From: a virus
Lineage: Duplodnaviria > Caudoviricetes
DNA: 64,000 nucleotides
IMG/VR virus record: IMGVR_UViG_3300035498_000877
Coordinates: 64,001 to 128,000 of that record
Direction: 5' to 3' (one strand)
The notes below the pieces were generated by a model. It saw nothing but the letters and a program-made list of their open reading frames with translations, had not been told where the DNA came from and searched no databases. Made by a program: the position numbers and the translations under genes. How positions within the stretch are numbered: position 1 is the stretch's first letter; every line of letters begins with the position of its first letter. This document shows, in pieces, positions 9,505 through 20,557 of this stretch.

Positions 9505-10722
9505 TTAATTCATCGATAATATCTCACGAATAATATATATAATTATTGGAGTAAATACAAATGCATCTTTACTATTATATACATTAACCAATGAATCTAT
9601 TAAATGTAAAGATATATCTTGAATTGATATTGAATCTTTCCTATTAATATATTTCCATATCATTTTTTCATACTCAGATGCAATTGGTTCTCTTCTATTA
9701 TCTAATAAAGCATTAAATGTTTTATCATTAAAATATGATAACTGAATATTATCAGCACCATAAGCTCCTGATAATCTAATTGGTTTTACAATCTGAATAT
9801 CTTCTTCACCCCATCTAAAAAAAGAAGAGTCAATATAAGCAGATGAATCAGTAATTCTGTAATAGAACTTCTGAATATCTTCATTAGGACATCCTTGTTC
9901 GAACCATCTGTATATTGATTGACTATACATCTGTGGAAGTTTACTGTCTATTACTTTATTACTTAACATAATCACATTTGCAGAATTATCATAATTCATC
10001 AGATTATGTTTTCTCATAAACTCATTTCCACAGAGATCAAAATATCTAGTTCCATTGTCATCAAATATGAAACAATTGTGACGTGGATTATAGTAAATAG
10101 CTTTATAGTTATCAATCATTACTGCAACCATTCTATTTATTTTTGATCTCAATATAAAATCATCTTTCTTAATGATTGGATTTACATTAGTACCAATTGC
10201 ATTTAAATCAGTATGATATGTTTCTACTGTTTGTTTCATTAGGTTTTCTATAGTTTCAGTAGATGTACTTTGAAGTCTATAATGTATCTTATAATATCCT
10301 TCAGTTTTCATTGTATCTACAGCAACGTCAGTAACTTCAAATACAGCATTCATCTTTAAATGATTAACTCTAAAGAAATCCATTGGTTTAGGTACTATTG
10401 TAGATGGAAGTATTATACAATCTCCTTCTACATTAATATCTTCTATCTGTTGTTCATCAGTATTATTTGGTGTAGCTTGATTAAATCCATATAATGGAAA
10501 ATTTTCAATTCTATTAAATCTCAATGGTGATTTAGATCCAAATAATTGTTCTATATTCTGAAGTCCTCTATCTACTGTAGTAGCATCATCTTTCTGTGCA
10601 AAGTATTCAGTCAATATTGCTCCATTCTCTACATATTTATTTACTTGGCTTTTTAGTCGTTGTTCATATTTAAATATATTACCATTTAACAATGGCTCTT
10701 CATTAAAAATTAATTCAGCCAT
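9505..10722 (-). CDS. Hypothetical jumbo-phage virion structural protein
   Basis: 405-aa ORF with aggaggg SD near the portal gene. Confidence 0.55.
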   Translation of the reverse strand: MAELIFNEEPLLNGNIFKYEQRLKSQVNKYVENGAILTEYFAQKDDATTVDRGLQNIEQLFGSKSPLRFNRIENFPLYGFNQATPNNTDEQQIEDINVEGDCIILPSTIVPKPMDFFRVNHLKMNAVFEVTDVAVDTMKTEGYYKIHYRLQSTSTETIENLMKQTVETYHTDLNAIGTNVNPIIKKDDFILRSKINRMVAVMIDNYKAIYYNPRHNCFIFDDNGTRYFDLCGNEFMRKHNLMNYDNSANVIMLSNKVIDSKLPQMYSQSIYRWFEQGCPNEDIQKFYYRITDSSAYIDSSFFRWGEEDIQIVKPIRLSGAYGADNIQLSYFNDKTFNALLDNRREPIASEYEKMIWKYINRKDSISIQDISLHLIDSLVNVYNSKDAFVFTPIIIYIIREILSMN

Positions 10723-10787
10723 TAATATCCCTCCTTTACTAAAGTATACTAATTAAATAGCGGTTTTTGAGTAAAAATAGGTGGACT

Positions 10788-11180
10788 TTATAGTCCACCA
10801 TCTGTGAATTCATCATCATTAAAATTATCATCTACAAAACCAGCCAATCTCGAAGCTTTTATTGTACTTATACCTATATATATCAAATCATATACTACAT
10901 GTACGAATTCATCTAGGTCTTCATATAATTCTTGCTCATCAATAAAACTCATTAATTCAGATTCTTTATCTGGATTAATATATATTATACTTGCAATTGA
11001 ATTAAAGTAATATGACATATTTATCAATCTTTTAACCAATTCAGATGTCAAATTATGATTTACTTCCGTATCTTTAGTATTAGGATACACTTCAAGTATG
11101 TCATATATGTCCGATTGTTCAAAACATAAATTTTTAAATACATCAATAATATTTTCCGAGCTATGTTGGGTGTTTTTCAT
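10788..11180 (-). CDS. Hypothetical protein
   Basis: 130-aa ORF, aggagga SD. Confidence 0.6.
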   Translation of the reverse strand: MKNTQHSSENIIDVFKNLCFEQSDIYDILEVYPNTKDTEVNHNLTSELVKRLINMSYYFNSIASIIYINPDKESELMSFIDEQELYEDLDEFVHVVYDLIYIGISTIKASRLAGFVDDNFNDDEFTDGGL

Positions 11181-11223
11181 TTTTGTAATTCCTCCTATAT
11201 TGTATCGCTAATATAATATATAA

Positions 11224-11559
11224 TCATGATAAGAAATGAATGAAACTAATTGCTGATTTAATAAATCGACCCATATTTTGTATATATTCTTCATAACTGA
11301 AATCCATTTTAGAAGCTTCATATTCAAATATCTGATAATATTCACCAGTATCATCTTTTGAAATAGCATTTGCAATTACATGCAAATTAGATATAAGATT
11401 ATGTAATGCCATGATTGTATATGTGATATCTTTCTTTTCCATCTTAGTTTCTGAGAAAACTATCCCTTCTGGTGGATTGTATTTGTAAATAGTTCTCTCT
11501 TTAATCAAAGTCATTAATGAATAATTTTCATTAATAATATGACTTATATCTATTTCCAT
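11224..11559 (-). CDS. Hypothetical protein
   Basis: 111-aa ORF, aaggaga SD. Confidence 0.6.
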   Translation of the reverse strand: MEIDISHIINENYSLMTLIKERTIYKYNPPEGIVFSETKMEKKDITYTIMALHNLISNLHVIANAISKDDTGEYYQIFEYEASKMDFSYEEYIQNMGRFIKSAISFIHFLS

Positions 11560-11696
11560 ATAAAAATCTCCTTTCTCATTTATAATATACCTTTATAATA
11601 TATTATTAAAAACAATGTAATCTTATTTATTATTATTTTTATCTCATTCCGACAGCTTATTAATTTTGAATAATTAAAAGTAAAGGAGAGTTTGAT

Positions 11697-14009
11697 ATGC
11701 CTAAGCAAGAAGATAAAATTATAGATGCCCTAAGCACTGATATAGCTGACACTGTCGGTAATATGCATGAAGATGAACTTGAAGTAATATCAAAAGAATT
11801 TGATAAAACAATGAAGGATGCTTTATCATCATTCAATTCAAATACTTTTGATGATGATGGATTTATTAAACGTATGAGAGATCTCAGTACTGATAATAAA
11901 TCTGATAAAGATATGGTAAACAACGTACTCAGTACAGTTGGAAAAGATTATATAAGTGCAGAATCATTACATCAAAATGAATTATTATTAAGAAGAGATA
12001 TAAAAAATATATGTGCTCAGTTACCTGAGATGCATGATGTAATAAATATTATTCGAGATTCAATTATTGAATGTAGTGTAGCAACTGGTGAAGTATCCAG
12101 AACACTAATATTTGAAAATCATTCTGGAAATGAAGTATACGAATCTAAAGCTAAAGAAATTGAGAAGACATATAATTTACCAATGGCAATTAAAAACTTT
12201 ATAGTTCCAAGAGGACTAGAAAGTGGAGAAATGTATATACAGGTAACTCCATATAAAAAGTTATTTGCTGAATTGGAATTAGCTAAGGAACGTAAGAGTG
12301 GTCATATAAATTATAATGGGGAAGTATTTAAAGAAAGTATTCCATATAAAGTAGCAAATTCATTCCAAGAATCTCACTCAATATATAGTAAAGAAAATCT
12401 TGATATCCTGATGGAGAGTGCGTCCAGTAATGTTAAATCTGATATTATTGATGATTATAAAACTGAAAATGGTAATGGTAAAACCATGAAGATATCAGAT
12501 GCAATTACTAAAGAAGATATTACATGTCTACTTGAGAGTATAGAAATATCAAATGGTTCTTCAGTAATGATGACTGAAATGGGTGAAGAAGGATTTGAAT
12601 CTTTTGTATATATGGAATATAATGATTATCTAAAGAAGACACAATCAAGTATTAGTAGAGATAATCATTTTATGGAAGCAATGGGAGATATCATCAGTAT
12701 TAATAATGATGAATTAGATGAGTTGGATATTGCTGCTGTGACTACCCAAAAATATAATGATATCAAAGGTGCATATGTTAAATATTTATCTCCATTACGC
12801 TTAGTACCTATTCGAATGGATAGACGTGTAATTGGATATTATTATGTGACATCAACAATGGATCTTCAAAGAAATTCTCTTCAGAAGAATGGTACTATAG
12901 ATGTATCATATCAACACTTTACAAAAGACAAGAAGATGGTAGATCAGTTAGCTTCTATTATAATAAGATCTTTTGATAAGAAGATGTTAGAGAAGAATAT
13001 CAAACTTAAAAATGAAATTGTTGAAATTATAATGGCACATAAATTTTCTGAAGGAAAATTATCTTTTATTTACATCCCAGAAAATGAAGTAGTAAGATTA
13101 GTTATTAATGAAGATGAAGATGGTAAAGGACATTCAACATTGGAACCATCTATATTTCCTGCTCGTATTACATTGATGCTCACAATGTACAATACTCTTT
13201 ATATTCTCAATAACAATCAAACTAGAATTCATTATATAAAATCATCTGGATTAAATAAAGATTATGCATCACAGATTCAGCGTACTATCAGAAAATTCCA
13301 ATCTAGAAGAATTTCAGTAGATGATATTTACTCATATTCAGGTGTATTGAATAAAGTAGGTGCAATGTCAGAAATGGTATTACCTGCCGGACGTAATGAT
13401 TATAAAGCATTGGAAACAGATACTATTGAAGCATCTAATGCTCCAATTAATACTGAATTCTTAGAGCAGAATAGAAAACAAATGTTATCTGGTACTGGTG
13501 TTCCTGCATTAATGTCTATCAATGCACTTGATGAAGTTGACTTTGCTAAGAGTTTGGAACTTGCCAATACTAGATTCTTATCAACTATATCTTCATATAA
13601 GATTGATTTCAATAATGGTATTACAGATCTATATCAACGTTTAATGAGATATACTACTGATATTGAAGAGGAAGTTATCAGAAGCTTTAAATTCAAATTC
13701 AATGCTGCTAAACAACAAGAACTTACTATTACATCTGAGATGATACAAAACTTCAATTCATTAGTAGAACTTGTAATGAGTGTTTATTACAGTAAATCAG
13801 ATATGGAAGATGAGAAAGGAAATGCATCACAGAAACAAATACATCTAAGAAAAGAATTAGCTAAAGAGTATTTACCTCAATTGAACTTTGATAGATTGGA
13901 TGAAATTGTTAAACAAGTTGAAGTAGATGCAAATGATGATATACTACAATCAAAAGTAACTCAAATCAGTATTGATCAAAATGATATTGATGAGATTACT
14001 TCTAAATAA
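11697..14009 (+). CDS. Portal protein (jumbo-phage type)
   Basis: 770 aa; GEMYIQV, YVKYLSPLRLVPI...IGYYYV, MLSGTGVP and FAKSLELANTRF match the layout of large myophage portals. Confidence 0.7.
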   Translation: MPKQEDKIIDALSTDIADTVGNMHEDELEVISKEFDKTMKDALSSFNSNTFDDDGFIKRMRDLSTDNKSDKDMVNNVLSTVGKDYISAESLHQNELLLRRDIKNICAQLPEMHDVINIIRDSIIECSVATGEVSRTLIFENHSGNEVYESKAKEIEKTYNLPMAIKNFIVPRGLESGEMYIQVTPYKKLFAELELAKERKSGHINYNGEVFKESIPYKVANSFQESHSIYSKENLDILMESASSNVKSDIIDDYKTENGNGKTMKISDAITKEDITCLLESIEISNGSSVMMTEMGEEGFESFVYMEYNDYLKKTQSSISRDNHFMEAMGDIISINNDELDELDIAAVTTQKYNDIKGAYVKYLSPLRLVPIRMDRRVIGYYYVTSTMDLQRNSLQKNGTIDVSYQHFTKDKKMVDQLASIIIRSFDKKMLEKNIKLKNEIVEIIMAHKFSEGKLSFIYIPENEVVRLVINEDEDGKGHSTLEPSIFPARITLMLTMYNTLYILNNNQTRIHYIKSSGLNKDYASQIQRTIRKFQSRRISVDDIYSYSGVLNKVGAMSEMVLPAGRNDYKALETDTIEASNAPINTEFLEQNRKQMLSGTGVPALMSINALDEVDFAKSLELANTRFLSTISSYKIDFNNGITDLYQRLMRYTTDIEEEVIRSFKFKFNAAKQQELTITSEMIQNFNSLVELVMSVYYSKSDMEDEKGNASQKQIHLRKELAKEYLPQLNFDRLDEIVKQVEVDANDDILQSKVTQISIDQNDIDEITSK

Positions 14010-14036
14010 AATAAAATATAGAAAGGAAATAAAGAA

Positions 14037-14588
14037 ATGATTGATTTACATGGTTTAAAGATGAAAGATTTAAATCAATATATGCAAGCTATTACTGAAG
14101 CTTTAGATGATGTTGACAATGATACATTAGATGCTGAAGTACCACCAGAGTTACCATCTGAAACAGATAGTGCTGAGTCATCTGGAAATAGTGAACAGGA
14201 ATTATTGGATAAACTCAATAAAGTATTTACTCCAATTCTTGTTATGCAGAAATATGAAGATGATACGTCAGATAATGTTAAAGAGTCTTTATCAGAATCA
14301 TCACTATTAACAGAAGCAAATATTGTTAAGTTTGATGATCAAACAAGGATGGCACAGTTAATAGCAACATGTGCATTATTGATAGCTCAACAAAAGAATA
14401 CAGATAAATATCAAATGTATGCTCAGGCAGCTGCAACACGCAATAAAATGAAATTGGAAATTCAAAAAGACGAATATGATGCCGCTAAAACATTAGCACA
14501 GAAGTATCTTATTAAAGTATCTACTACTAATAATAATGGAGATGCTAGAAAAGCTGCAACTAATCTATTGCCTGAGACACAGCACTAA
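14037..14588 (+). CDS. Putative head/scaffold-associated protein
   Basis: Follows portal; acidic N-terminus with xxE(S/A) sites. Confidence 0.5.
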   Translation: MIDLHGLKMKDLNQYMQAITEALDDVDNDTLDAEVPPELPSETDSAESSGNSEQELLDKLNKVFTPILVMQKYEDDTSDNVKESLSESSLLTEANIVKFDDQTRMAQLIATCALLIAQQKNTDKYQMYAQAAATRNKMKLEIQKDEYDAAKTLAQKYLIKVSTTNNNGDARKAATNLLPETQH

Positions 14589-14665
14589 TGCAAACTATTT
14601 AGTAATGAATCATATGAACCACATAATTCATAAAAATTTTTATATTCAGAAAGGAGATATATACT

Positions 14666-15850
14666 ATGACTTTTGGAGAAGTAGTATTAGAGAGTAAATT
14701 ATTTGAATACTCTAAAGAGTATTATGATTTACTAAAAGAGAGTTATGAAATATCACTGATGGAAACATACATTGAATCACTTGATTTTGTAAGAAATGGT
14801 GGATATGAATATGTTGCAGAAGCATCAGGAATTACAATTAAGACAGATAATTACTTTGTTGAGTCAGCTGACGATAATCAGTATGAGGAGCTTTGCAAAG
14901 CATATGAAGAGAAGGTTGGAAACTTCCTTGGTAATATTAAAGCAGGATTTGATAAGTTACTTAGTAAGGTAATTCCATTCTTTACGAGGATTGCAAATAA
15001 ATTTGATGCTACATGTCAGCAAGGTGATCGTCTTACTAATTATCTAAGTACAATCGAAGATGGTGGAGAAGATGCTAAACAAATTGGCGAAATAATTAAA
15101 AAATGTATTAATGATACTAAATTTGCTGGATATCTATTATCAGGCGATTCTCAAAAAGCATATAATCCGAATAAAAAATTACAATCAGTACCTCCTAAAA
15201 CTTTATTAGCAATTACTTTGGCTTCTAAATATCATGCTTTAGAGATATTATGCTCACAGGATTATGAATATTTGATTGTACAAGGTGGTGGCGATGCAGC
15301 TGTTTCACTTGATGATCTTACAAAGATATTCAAGATGGTTTCTAATGGATCTGAGGCTAAAAGAGCTGGTAATTATGGTAATGCAATAAAGAAATTAGAT
15401 TATATCCAGGAAGAAAATGCTAAAAATGGATTAAAGGTTAATATAAGTTCTGGATCTATTGAAAAGAATATTAAAGAACTTAATGAGCTCAAAGAAAAGA
15501 TTAGCAAGAAAGAAGAAAATCTATCAACTAATGGAGGATCTGATTTTGCTATTGACCATGAAGGTACTAAATCATTTGCAAATGATTTATCTCTACTTTA
15601 TAAGAGATTGACAAATACAATAGCATCAACTCTTTCTGCATATAGTGCATTGTTGGCATTTAGATCAACTACACTTAAAGCTACTGATGAGTATATCAAA
15701 GCACATCCATTACCAAAGAAAGAAGGTCCTGTATCAAAAGCAGTTAACAAGGTAAAGGGAGCAATTCACAAAAATAAAGGCGATGAAGATGATGATTTTA
15801 GTGATGATTTCTTTGATGATGACGAAGAAGATAATAATGACAAGAAGTAA
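14666..15850 (+). CDS. Putative internal head protein
   Basis: Glu-rich N-terminal propeptide-like region (VLES, LKES, FVES) followed by a helical body. Confidence 0.5.
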   Translation: MTFGEVVLESKLFEYSKEYYDLLKESYEISLMETYIESLDFVRNGGYEYVAEASGITIKTDNYFVESADDNQYEELCKAYEEKVGNFLGNIKAGFDKLLSKVIPFFTRIANKFDATCQQGDRLTNYLSTIEDGGEDAKQIGEIIKKCINDTKFAGYLLSGDSQKAYNPNKKLQSVPPKTLLAITLASKYHALEILCSQDYEYLIVQGGGDAAVSLDDLTKIFKMVSNGSEAKRAGNYGNAIKKLDYIQEENAKNGLKVNISSGSIEKNIKELNELKEKISKKEENLSTNGGSDFAIDHEGTKSFANDLSLLYKRLTNTIASTLSAYSALLAFRSTTLKATDEYIKAHPLPKKEGPVSKAVNKVKGAIHKNKGDEDDDFSDDFFDDDEEDNNDKK

Positions 15851-15893
15851 TTGAAATATGATAGGTCCTGTTATTCAGGACCTATCTTTTTAA

Positions 15894-16352
15894 TTGAGAA
15901 AGAAGTTGATTAAAATGATATATGGTACTTCAACAGTTGCTAGTGTTGTAGAAGAAAGTGTATGCAGAACTTCTAAAGATTATAAATTCACAGATATTGG
16001 AATTTATAAAGTACATTCAAATACATTATTACCAGATGTACCATTTGAGGAAGAATCAGATCAGCCATATGATATAGATGAAACTATATTTCTGAATGAT
16101 GAAGAAACTAAAATGGAATTTACAACTTTGACGGAATGCCAAAATTATATTACTGCCCGTTATATTGGTAGAGCTCCTCTGGAATGGTATGATAATAAAA
16201 CTACAACTAAGATGGGAAGACAATTTATTATGCAATGTAGAGGTGGAAAAACTGGAGATGATTATAGAATCTTTGGAACTGAAGATGCTATTCGAGGATA
16301 TAATAAGAATGCAAATGACAATAGTGAATTACCTGGAGGAGGTGAAACATAA
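15894..16352 (+). CDS. Hypothetical protein
   Basis: 152-aa ORF coupled to the next gene (TAATG). Confidence 0.55.
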   Translation: MRKKLIKMIYGTSTVASVVEESVCRTSKDYKFTDIGIYKVHSNTLLPDVPFEEESDQPYDIDETIFLNDEETKMEFTTLTECQNYITARYIGRAPLEWYDNKTTTKMGRQFIMQCRGGKTGDDYRIFGTEDAIRGYNKNANDNSELPGGGET

Positions 16353-16759
16353 TGTCAATGCCTGGAACCAATCAACCAGATATTACATATTTAGATACTT
16401 ATATTGAAGATGGTCAAAAAGCTACTATTTCACTTGCTAACTTTTATGATACTACATTGGTAAAAAATATGATTAGAGAAAATCATATTTATAGAACTGC
16501 AATGAATGATTTCTTTTTAAAACATAGAGATCAACTATCTGATTCAATTGAATTATATAGTATTCCAGATTCCATGTTTTATAGACCAAAGTCAGTTAGT
16601 CTAGATTTATATGGAACTACTGAATTATGGTTAGCATTATTAAGAGTTAATGATTTTAAATCGGTAGCTGACTTCCATTATAATGTTATAAAGGTATATA
16701 GCCCATCAGATTTATATGAGCTGATAAATATATTTTTTAAACGAGAAGGAATTCGATGA
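16352..16759 (+). CDS. Baseplate wedge protein, T4 gp53/LysM-like
   Basis: YRPKSVSLDLYGTTELWLALLRVN motif. Confidence 0.7.
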   Translation: MSMPGTNQPDITYLDTYIEDGQKATISLANFYDTTLVKNMIRENHIYRTAMNDFFLKHRDQLSDSIELYSIPDSMFYRPKSVSLDLYGTTELWLALLRVNDFKSVADFHYNVIKVYSPSDLYELINIFFKREGIR

Positions 16760-16831
16760 GATTACCACAATCTTGTAACTATTATAATAAAAAATAAAAT
16801 ATAGTAAATATCTGAAAGGAGATATAATAAA

Positions 16832-17752
16832 ATGACAAAGGATCAATTTAGTTTATTAGATGATTTACTCACCGAGTCAACGACTGATGAGAATAATGAT
16901 ACATTTGGAACTCAGCGTCATGATGTATCTATTCCAGTTCCACAGACGACTCAGCTCACTACTAAGCAACATGATGCTGCATTAACTGCATTAAAGCAGA
17001 GCTTTAAGGAAGCAGCTGATATTATTGATTCAATTATGAATGCTGAAATAGTTGATGATAAAGTATATGATGAGCAGGCTGAGTTTACAGAGAATGCACT
17101 CACAGATGCATTATATGAATCAGTAATCAATGGACCATTATTTGAGAAGGTTGATAGAACTGATAAGGAAGCTGTAAAGAATATTGTAAAAACAATTGGA
17201 CCAAAGGTTGGAAAGTTTGTTAAACAAGAGAAGACAGTGGTTTATAAACCATATAAGTTTGTTCTTAAGTTACTTACAGGAGCTGGGCTACTTGCTGCAA
17301 GTGGTGCTATTTCTACAGCTGCAGGTGTAGCTAATATGGCTGCTGCAGGCATTAACGTTGCTAAAGGTGCCGCAATTGCTACTGGAGCTATAGAAGGTGC
17401 TGCAAGTGGTGCTATTGCTACTTCAATTTCTCAATGCTGGAGTCAGCATGCATGGCAGTTTATTGGAACAATTGGATGTGAGAAAGCTGATATTCAAACA
17501 TTTGTTGATTCAATTAATAAAGAATTTGCTGAAGATCTCGGCGAATATAGAATACTTTATGTATCAACAACTCCAAATCTTGCTGATCTCTTCAGAACTA
17601 AGTTCAATTGGAAGAATCATAATCAATTCTATTTACTCTTAGTTGATAAGAAACTTCCTAAGGAAATTACAAAGGGTATTAAAGATACAGATAAGGCACT
17701 TGCTAGCTCAGGTGAAGAGAAAAAAGAAGAACCTAAAAATGATAACGAATAA
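16832..17752 (+). CDS. Putative internal head protein with Ala/Gly-rich hydrophobic segment
   Basis: LTES/LYES sites; GAGLLAASGAISTAAGVA stretch; aggaga SD. Confidence 0.5.
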   Translation: MTKDQFSLLDDLLTESTTDENNDTFGTQRHDVSIPVPQTTQLTTKQHDAALTALKQSFKEAADIIDSIMNAEIVDDKVYDEQAEFTENALTDALYESVINGPLFEKVDRTDKEAVKNIVKTIGPKVGKFVKQEKTVVYKPYKFVLKLLTGAGLLAASGAISTAAGVANMAAAGINVAKGAAIATGAIEGAASGAIATSISQCWSQHAWQFIGTIGCEKADIQTFVDSINKEFAEDLGEYRILYVSTTPNLADLFRTKFNWKNHNQFYLLLVDKKLPKEITKGIKDTDKALASSGEEKKEEPKNDNE

Positions 17753-17770
17753 TAAAAAAGAAGAGGGAGC

Positions 17771-18340
17771 TTATCCCTCTTCTTTTAACTTATTTAAGTG
17801 GTCTTGTAACTCAACTATCTCAAGCACATTGATAACAGCAATTAGATTATCATTGATATAAGTAAACTGATTATTATCAATCTGGATTTTAATTGGAAAT
17901 TCTTCTAGATCCATTTCTTCCATAAACTCATTCCAATGATTTTGCTGAAACTGAATAAATGCTTCATCAGATCCTCTTTCTCTGAATCTTCGCATAAATT
18001 CTTCCTTCACATAATCATCATTCTCTGGATATATCAGATAATAATTAATGCCATTCTCTCTCAATGCATCTCTAACGGCTTTATGAGATGATACAAATAT
18101 GATATCTTCAGCATCCATATGCTCTTTAATATGAGCAATATAGTTATTAGGGAAATCAGGATTTCTAGTATCAGTCTTATTACCCTCTTCATCATAAATC
18201 CAACTGAACAATGATGAATCAGAATCTAATATCTTTGATCCTTTCTCCTTATCTAAACACTTATCTGAATAAATCGAATAGTTATTGTAATACCATGACT
18301 TACCACATCCTGGGTATGCTGAAATAATTTTAGCTGACAT
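17771..18340 (-). CDS. P-loop NTPase / nucleotide-kinase-like protein
   Basis: IISAYPGCGKS Walker A; DSDSS. Confidence 0.7.
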   Translation of the reverse strand: MSAKIISAYPGCGKSWYYNNYSIYSDKCLDKEKGSKILDSDSSLFSWIYDEEGNKTDTRNPDFPNNYIAHIKEHMDAEDIIFVSSHKAVRDALRENGINYYLIYPENDDYVKEEFMRRFRERGSDEAFIQFQQNHWNEFMEEMDLEEFPIKIQIDNNQFTYINDNLIAVINVLEIVELQDHLNKLKEEG

Positions 18341-19264
18341 TTAGTTATCCTCCATTTTTGTATTTTTATTTATACCAGCATCAATAAAATTTTTACCATA
18401 GTCTTTCTTTGTTGTATCCAATATAATGCCTGATAAGTTCTCAGATATATTATCAATGATATCAGATGATTTACCTGCAGTTGATTTTGTATTTTTAATA
18501 ATATCATTGGCGATAGATTCTAATTTATTTATACTATCAATTGTTGGTCCTGCATCAGTTGCAGTCATTTTTTCATAATCTTTTAAATCAGATTCTACTT
18601 GTTCTCGTGATCCTGGTTCATTGCTGACTTGAACGCTTCGAACATCATCAATATTATCGGCATCATTATCAGTGATACTACTATTATTATCATTAGTGAC
18701 CATATTATCAATAATGCTACCATCATTACCTATCACCTCCTGATTATTGATATTATTATCTGAAGGTATTTTGGCTGTACTAACACAACATTCTGGATGG
18801 GTTACTTTCACAGCTGTTGTGACAGAATCTAAAAGATCATCACTTTCATCTATCACTGGATCAAGTCCTCTACCAATTTTGATTGCTTTAGTTATATTGA
18901 TAACTTTTTCTTTGGTATTTCCAGACATATCAATCCTAGCTATTACTTCATATAAATTATCTATCGAATATATAGCATTATAATGTTTCAATGATTGTGC
19001 TAATTTGTGTAATTCATCTTCAGGCTCAGGTTCACTGATATCTTTTTCCAGCTCTTCCAAGTCTTCAAAGAATTCATCCATTGGCACTTCAGTATTTTCC
19101 TTAGCTTCATCATGATCATAATCTTGAGATCTATCATTTGTATTAACTACCTGAGTAGATACTGGAATATTTGATTTAGATTTGAATGTCTTGTTAATGA
19201 AATTATGGAATTGCATCTTTAATTGGTTATCATAGATATTTCCATTATCGTCTTTAAATTTCAT
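18341..19264 (-). CDS. Hypothetical acidic protein
   Basis: 307-aa ORF, ggagga SD. Confidence 0.6.
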   Translation of the reverse strand: MKFKDDNGNIYDNQLKMQFHNFINKTFKSKSNIPVSTQVVNTNDRSQDYDHDEAKENTEVPMDEFFEDLEELEKDISEPEPEDELHKLAQSLKHYNAIYSIDNLYEVIARIDMSGNTKEKVINITKAIKIGRGLDPVIDESDDLLDSVTTAVKVTHPECCVSTAKIPSDNNINNQEVIGNDGSIIDNMVTNDNNSSITDNDADNIDDVRSVQVSNEPGSREQVESDLKDYEKMTATDAGPTIDSINKLESIANDIIKNTKSTAGKSSDIIDNISENLSGIILDTTKKDYGKNFIDAGINKNTKMEDN

Positions 19265-19273
19265 ATTATCCTC

Positions 19274-19522
19274 CTATTGTTTTGATATTTTTACATATAC
19301 TCCATCATCTTCTATTTCATCATTCTGTCCATTATCGATGATTATATTAGCATCTGGAATAGTCTTTTTACATGATGATACGAATTCATTAAATTGGCCT
19401 ATATTTTCAAAACTGTCTAACTTAATAATGAATATTTTTGTTATAGATGATGCTACCATGTTGACAATATCATCTAATTGATTTGAGTTGCTATTAACAT
19501 AATTCCTTTTTGTCATATTCAT
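19274..19522 (-). CDS. Hypothetical protein
   Basis: 82-aa ORF in a co-oriented run. Confidence 0.5.
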   Translation of the reverse strand: MNMTKRNYVNSNSNQLDDIVNMVASSITKIFIIKLDSFENIGQFNEFVSSCKKTIPDANIIIDNGQNDEIEDDGVYVKISKQ

Positions 19523-19570
19523 CTTATTTATCCCTCTTACTTTTACAAACTTTATTCATAGACTCCATAT

Positions 19571-20458
19571 TTAATTTTCTGAATATTCAAATAATTTTTT
19601 ATTATCATTACTGAATATTTCTATCTTGTACGATAATCCAGCTATTCTAATAAATCTAGAAAATATTTGAGCTGATAAAGGTTTCTTACCATTCAAAGTA
19701 GTCATCATATTATTGATAGTATAATCATCAACATTATCTGATTTTAATGTTGACTTGGTTATATTCTCCATGATTATCAATATCTTTATAATTTTCTTAA
19801 ATGGATCATCCTTAGTATTTAAAATATCATCATATTTAACAATTCCAGTATCAAATGTATTCTTTCTGTAATTATATGATAATAATCTTTTATTACCTTT
19901 ATATACAGTAACATTGTAATTTATGTGTAAAATCACATCTACCCATATACACCACTTGTCCATTCGCATAAATGTGATTTTAGATAGAGATTGATACATA
20001 TTAGTCAGTATCTTTTCTTCTATCTTTGGTCTGCACATATCTACTAGATCTACCATAGTAATATTCATTGCAGTTATTGTGCCTTTCACGCACTGTGTAA
20101 ACATATTATCTCCATCGCATAATTGAGGAACTAATATTTCATCGTTGTCACACAGCCGTTGTTTATAAAGTATCTTATTAGCTTCTTCATTTGTCAGTCT
20201 ATCAGATATATCTGATATACCAATTTTTATCATATCTTTAACATTTTTATTATTACTAAATTTAGTAATAATCTTTTTCTTCCCATCATATATAGGATAG
20301 AAACCAGTCAAAGCATCTGATGTTGTAGCAGCTCGGGAAAACATATACAGTCTTCCATCTGTTGGATCATAATACAATTTTCCTTCAAGCATATTAGGCT
20401 CATTTATATCCCCATATACTTCATATGTCTTTTTTGATCCAGCAATAATCCCGATCAT
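19571..20458 (-). CDS. Hypothetical protein
   Basis: 295-aa ORF, aaggag SD. Confidence 0.6.
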   Translation of the reverse strand: MIGIIAGSKKTYEVYGDINEPNMLEGKLYYDPTDGRLYMFSRAATTSDALTGFYPIYDGKKKIITKFSNNKNVKDMIKIGISDISDRLTNEEANKILYKQRLCDNDEILVPQLCDGDNMFTQCVKGTITAMNITMVDLVDMCRPKIEEKILTNMYQSLSKITFMRMDKWCIWVDVILHINYNVTVYKGNKRLLSYNYRKNTFDTGIVKYDDILNTKDDPFKKIIKILIIMENITKSTLKSDNVDDYTINNMMTTLNGKKPLSAQIFSRFIRIAGLSYKIEIFSNDNKKLFEYSEN

Positions 20459-20557
20459 AAAAATAAACTCCTTTCTATATTATTATACAAATATAATATA
20501 TAAGTAAAATCTTCAAGAATATAAATACAGGGGTTATATAACCCCTGTATTATTTGT

